This document shows, in pieces, positions 61,257-64,000 of a stretch of DNA of 64,000 nt. The notes below the pieces were generated by a model that was not told the origin of the DNA, made no database searches, and worked only from the letters and a program-made list of their open reading frames with translations. The stretch's first letter is position 1. Every line of letters starts with the position of its first letter. The DNA comes from Macrostomum lignano (taxonomy: Eukaryota). The DNA lies in the NCBI GenBank assembly GCA_002269645.1, contig NIVC01000247.1, forward strand, positions 496,001-560,000. The letters run 5' to 3'. A program made the position numbers and the translations under genes.

Positions 61257-62474
61257 GTCTGTCTGTCTCTCTGTCTGTCTCTCTGTCTATCTGTCTGTCT
61301 CTCTGTCTGTCTATCTGTCTGTCTATCTGTCTGTCTGTCTCTCTGTCTATCTGTCTGTCTATCTGTCTGTCTGTCTGTCTGTCTGTCGGTCTAACTAACT
61401 AACCAAATCCTCCCCCAGATGTACGAGAACTTCATCATGGAGATAGACGCCATAGACAACGGCTTGAAGCAGTACCCGAACGCCACTGAACAGCCGCTGT
61501 ACACGGTGCACACGGGACTCAGCGCCCGGGTTGGCCACCTCAATCCGTGGTGGAATGCCACAGACGGCGAGCCAGAGGACACTCTGTTTGCCAAGGCTAT
61601 GGAGCTGGTTGGGACAGAGTTCCGGGACCGGTTGAGCTATTACAAGTGAGCGAAATTCGAAGCTCTTATTGCCGCCATAGCTATTTAATTGCCAGTGACT
61701 CTAGCGACTCTGGGACGGACTCTTGAGACTTTTACTGACTCTTAATGCGACGAGAGGCCACTGTTGAGTCACGAGAACATCATATGAGTTGTAGGATCGT
61801 CAGAGAGTCGCGAAAAAAGTCATATTAACGCTTCACTTTCTACTTACTCAAGTAGACTAAAGTGACGCTTATACGCTTTAGACGCAACTCAGTGATTTTA
61901 CTCTACAGCGACCTTAAACGACCTCTAACGGGATGTCTCGTTGTTTTAGAGCCGTTTAGAGTCACACTTCTTTTCTATTTTACCTGTGTTACCTGCAAGA
62001 ACTCTCTGTGACGACGCAATTGACTCTGGGGCGTTTCTCTTCTTCAGAGACTGTTGGTGGCCGGCCCGCAAGCTGGTGGCCTCGGCATTCGCCAAGTGCA
62101 CCAGCTACGATCCCAAAGGCCGCATCCTGGTGCTGGACTCGGTGCCCAGCGGCGGCCTGCCCTGGAAGAGCCACCTGTACGAGCTGGAGCGGCAGGCTGA
62201 CTGCCTTGGCCAGGTGCTGTTCGCGCTCTACAAGGACAACAACGGCAACTGGCGGGTGCAGGCGGTGCCACCGGACGAGACTCGCGGCTTCGAGAACCGG
62301 CTGGCACTGCTGGCTGATTGGCGCGGTCTGCGCGACGACGAGCTGAACAAAGTCAGCGGCATCGATGGCTGCGTGTTTGTGCACAGCTCCGGCTTCATCG
62401 GCGGCAACCGGAGCTTCGATGGAGCGCTGGAGATGGCGCGCAAGACCATCCAGATGCAGGACGGGGCTGCTTAG
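58877..62474 (+). CDS. MYG1: MYG1 exonuclease (UPF0160, DHH-fold), 5 exons
   Basis: Exons 58877 (or 58955)-59232, 60290-60344, 60464-60568, 61419-61645 and 62048-62474, with consistent phases. Motifs: [89 protein letters not shown]. The start codon is uncertain. Confidence 0.95.
59268..60230. repeat. 19/23-bp minisatellite (GAGAATCGCCCCTGAT[GCAT]CAT)n, MYG1 intron 1
   Basis: Direct observation; it degenerates toward the 3' end. Confidence 0.95.
60578..61388. repeat. (TCTG)n microsatellite, MYG1 intron 3, interrupted by a repeated CAGTGGCGTCTTAG spacer
   Basis: Direct observation. Confidence 0.97.
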
Positions 62475-62523
62475 TGATGGTTGCTAGGAAGGGAAGATAT
62501 TTCGCATTGCCCAGACTTTATTG

Positions 62524-62536
62524 TGTCCCCAGTTCC

Positions 62537-62569
<33 letters not shown>

Positions 62570-62582
62570 TAGTGTGTCTGTG
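62524..62582. repeat. Short (TCTG)n tract after the MYG1 stop
   Basis: Direct observation. Confidence 0.85.
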
Positions 62583-64000
62583 TCTTTTCATATCATCTAA
62601 GTTGGACAACTTGACATTTTTGTTTGCCCATGCTGAACCCAGCTTACAGTAGTCACTGTAATATCAATCCGTTATTTACTTTATCTGACGAAATGAGTGA
62701 ATATAAGTCTAATTTATTATTCATTATTTATGAATTTTATCAATTATTAAATAACTACCGTTGCAAAGTTAGCTTTTAAAGTCTGTTAGTAAAGCTATCC
62801 GTGTTGATTGAGTACATTAACCTGAGAGTGGCTGCAAGCAAATCTTGACAATTTTAGCTACGATTTGTTTGTTTTTTGCTGTAGTTAATTTTTAAATCGA
62901 AGTTACCGCATGATTCTGTAATCATCCCAGTTTACTAGTTTTGCTAGTAGGCTTAGATATTTTTATTATTACTCGTATATACTAGGTAAGTATTGTCATC
63001 AATATGCCAAGTAATCGTGCTATGTTTACGTTTTTCTTTAATCTCTACTTAAACTGTTGCCGAGTGTTGTTTTAATAACAACAAAAAATACAGCAAAAAA
63101 TAAGTACCGGTGGTCTTATTTTTTAAAGAAAATGAGGCAGCTGATAACTTGATAAGATAAAAGTTTTACACGTTTTGTTATGTCCTGAAAATTTGGTTGT
63201 TGGACGAAGTGCCCTTACATTCACATCACCTAATTATCTCATCGGATCATCCTAACGAGGTATTAGAGTTCGGATGCGTTTAATTCACAAGCCTAGTAAC
63301 AATTGTTCGTTTCGGAATTGCAAATGTACTCAGCAACATTGAAAAGTCGCCACACTTTGCCCCAGTAAGCCAGTGTAAATTTCGACCACCGTCTGTGTAT
63401 CACCTGGCCAACAAATTTAACCGATTTGGCTAACCCGCGTTAAAATCTACTACGAGCCAATATAATGGTAGGTTTCATCAATCCACTGTGGCCTAACCTT
63501 GACCTGAACTTCATTTTCGTTGTGACATTGTCTTCTGAAAACGGCATGAAATTGCTTGCTTGATTGACCTCTCCGAAACTTTGTTTCATTCTTTGCGAGT
63601 TTTTTGTCTAGATTTCCGTAGGATGATAGATAGACAAGGTAAAAAGTTCAAACTAATTAAAACTTGTTGCGATAAGTGTGCTCAGTAAGTGCTCGCCATT
63701 TTCTCATTGTCAGCTGACACTGTGTTCAGTTCTGAGACCTTATAGCAACCCAGTTCTCATGCATGTACATACGCATTATAAGCCATAAGAAAATGCTTAT
63801 AAGTCACCTGGCCGAGGCTCGACGGCAACGAGAGGACCCAATGTGAGCCTGGAGCGAGGGGACAAAAGTTAAGAAATAGGCTTCAACTTGCGGACGCTGC
63901 AGCCTCTGTCGAAGGCACCCAACGTAGCTCGGCTCACACCAGCAGTACGCAGTACGCACATCGACAATCAGCCGCGATCAACCGCGTATCCGCATGTTGC

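Noticed and set aside
54320-61402. ORFs such as CLILISP, IRIRQGE, MGLRAILR and SVCL repeats
   Set aside because: They are translations of intronic or intergenic mini- and microsatellites.
40082-62572. Alternative-frame and antisense ORFs overlapping DDX1 and MYG1 exons
   Set aside because: They are shadow ORFs caused by GC-rich codon usage of the real exons.
63690-64000. GC-richer end of the window with minus-strand splice-like signals
   Set aside because: It is truncated by the window edge, with no identifiable frame or product.

Overview
Eukaryotic (animal) genomic DNA with GC-rich exons, GT-AG introns and many local minisatellites. The style is reminiscent of a flatworm such as Macrostomum, but that is inference and was not determined. 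Genes rebuilt by hand from splice sites, with exon phases checked: a BIR-(UBA-like)-RING IAP-type gene (-); a cluster of secreted WSC + PAN/Apple-like genes (-), comprising two intact copies, one frameshifted copy and one orphan pseudo-exon; a 5-exon tetraspanin (+); DDX1 (6 exons, +, with an 11.8-kb intron); and MYG1 (5 exons, +). Mobile DNA: a 5'-truncated Penelope-like GIY-YIG element with 107-bp inverted termini carrying a hammerhead-like motif; a 5.17-kb ORF-less element with 80-bp TIRs and a 6-bp TSD; two copies of a tRNA-derived SINE; a MITE-like element; and, antisense inside DDX1 intron 4, decayed THAP/P-element pieces plus a decayed C2H2 + tyrosine-recombinase + PWWP gene. Three perfect heat-shock elements cluster in DDX1 intron 1. 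Most long ORFs in the supplied track are translations of tandem repeats. I found no rRNA, bona fide tRNA or CRISPR array.
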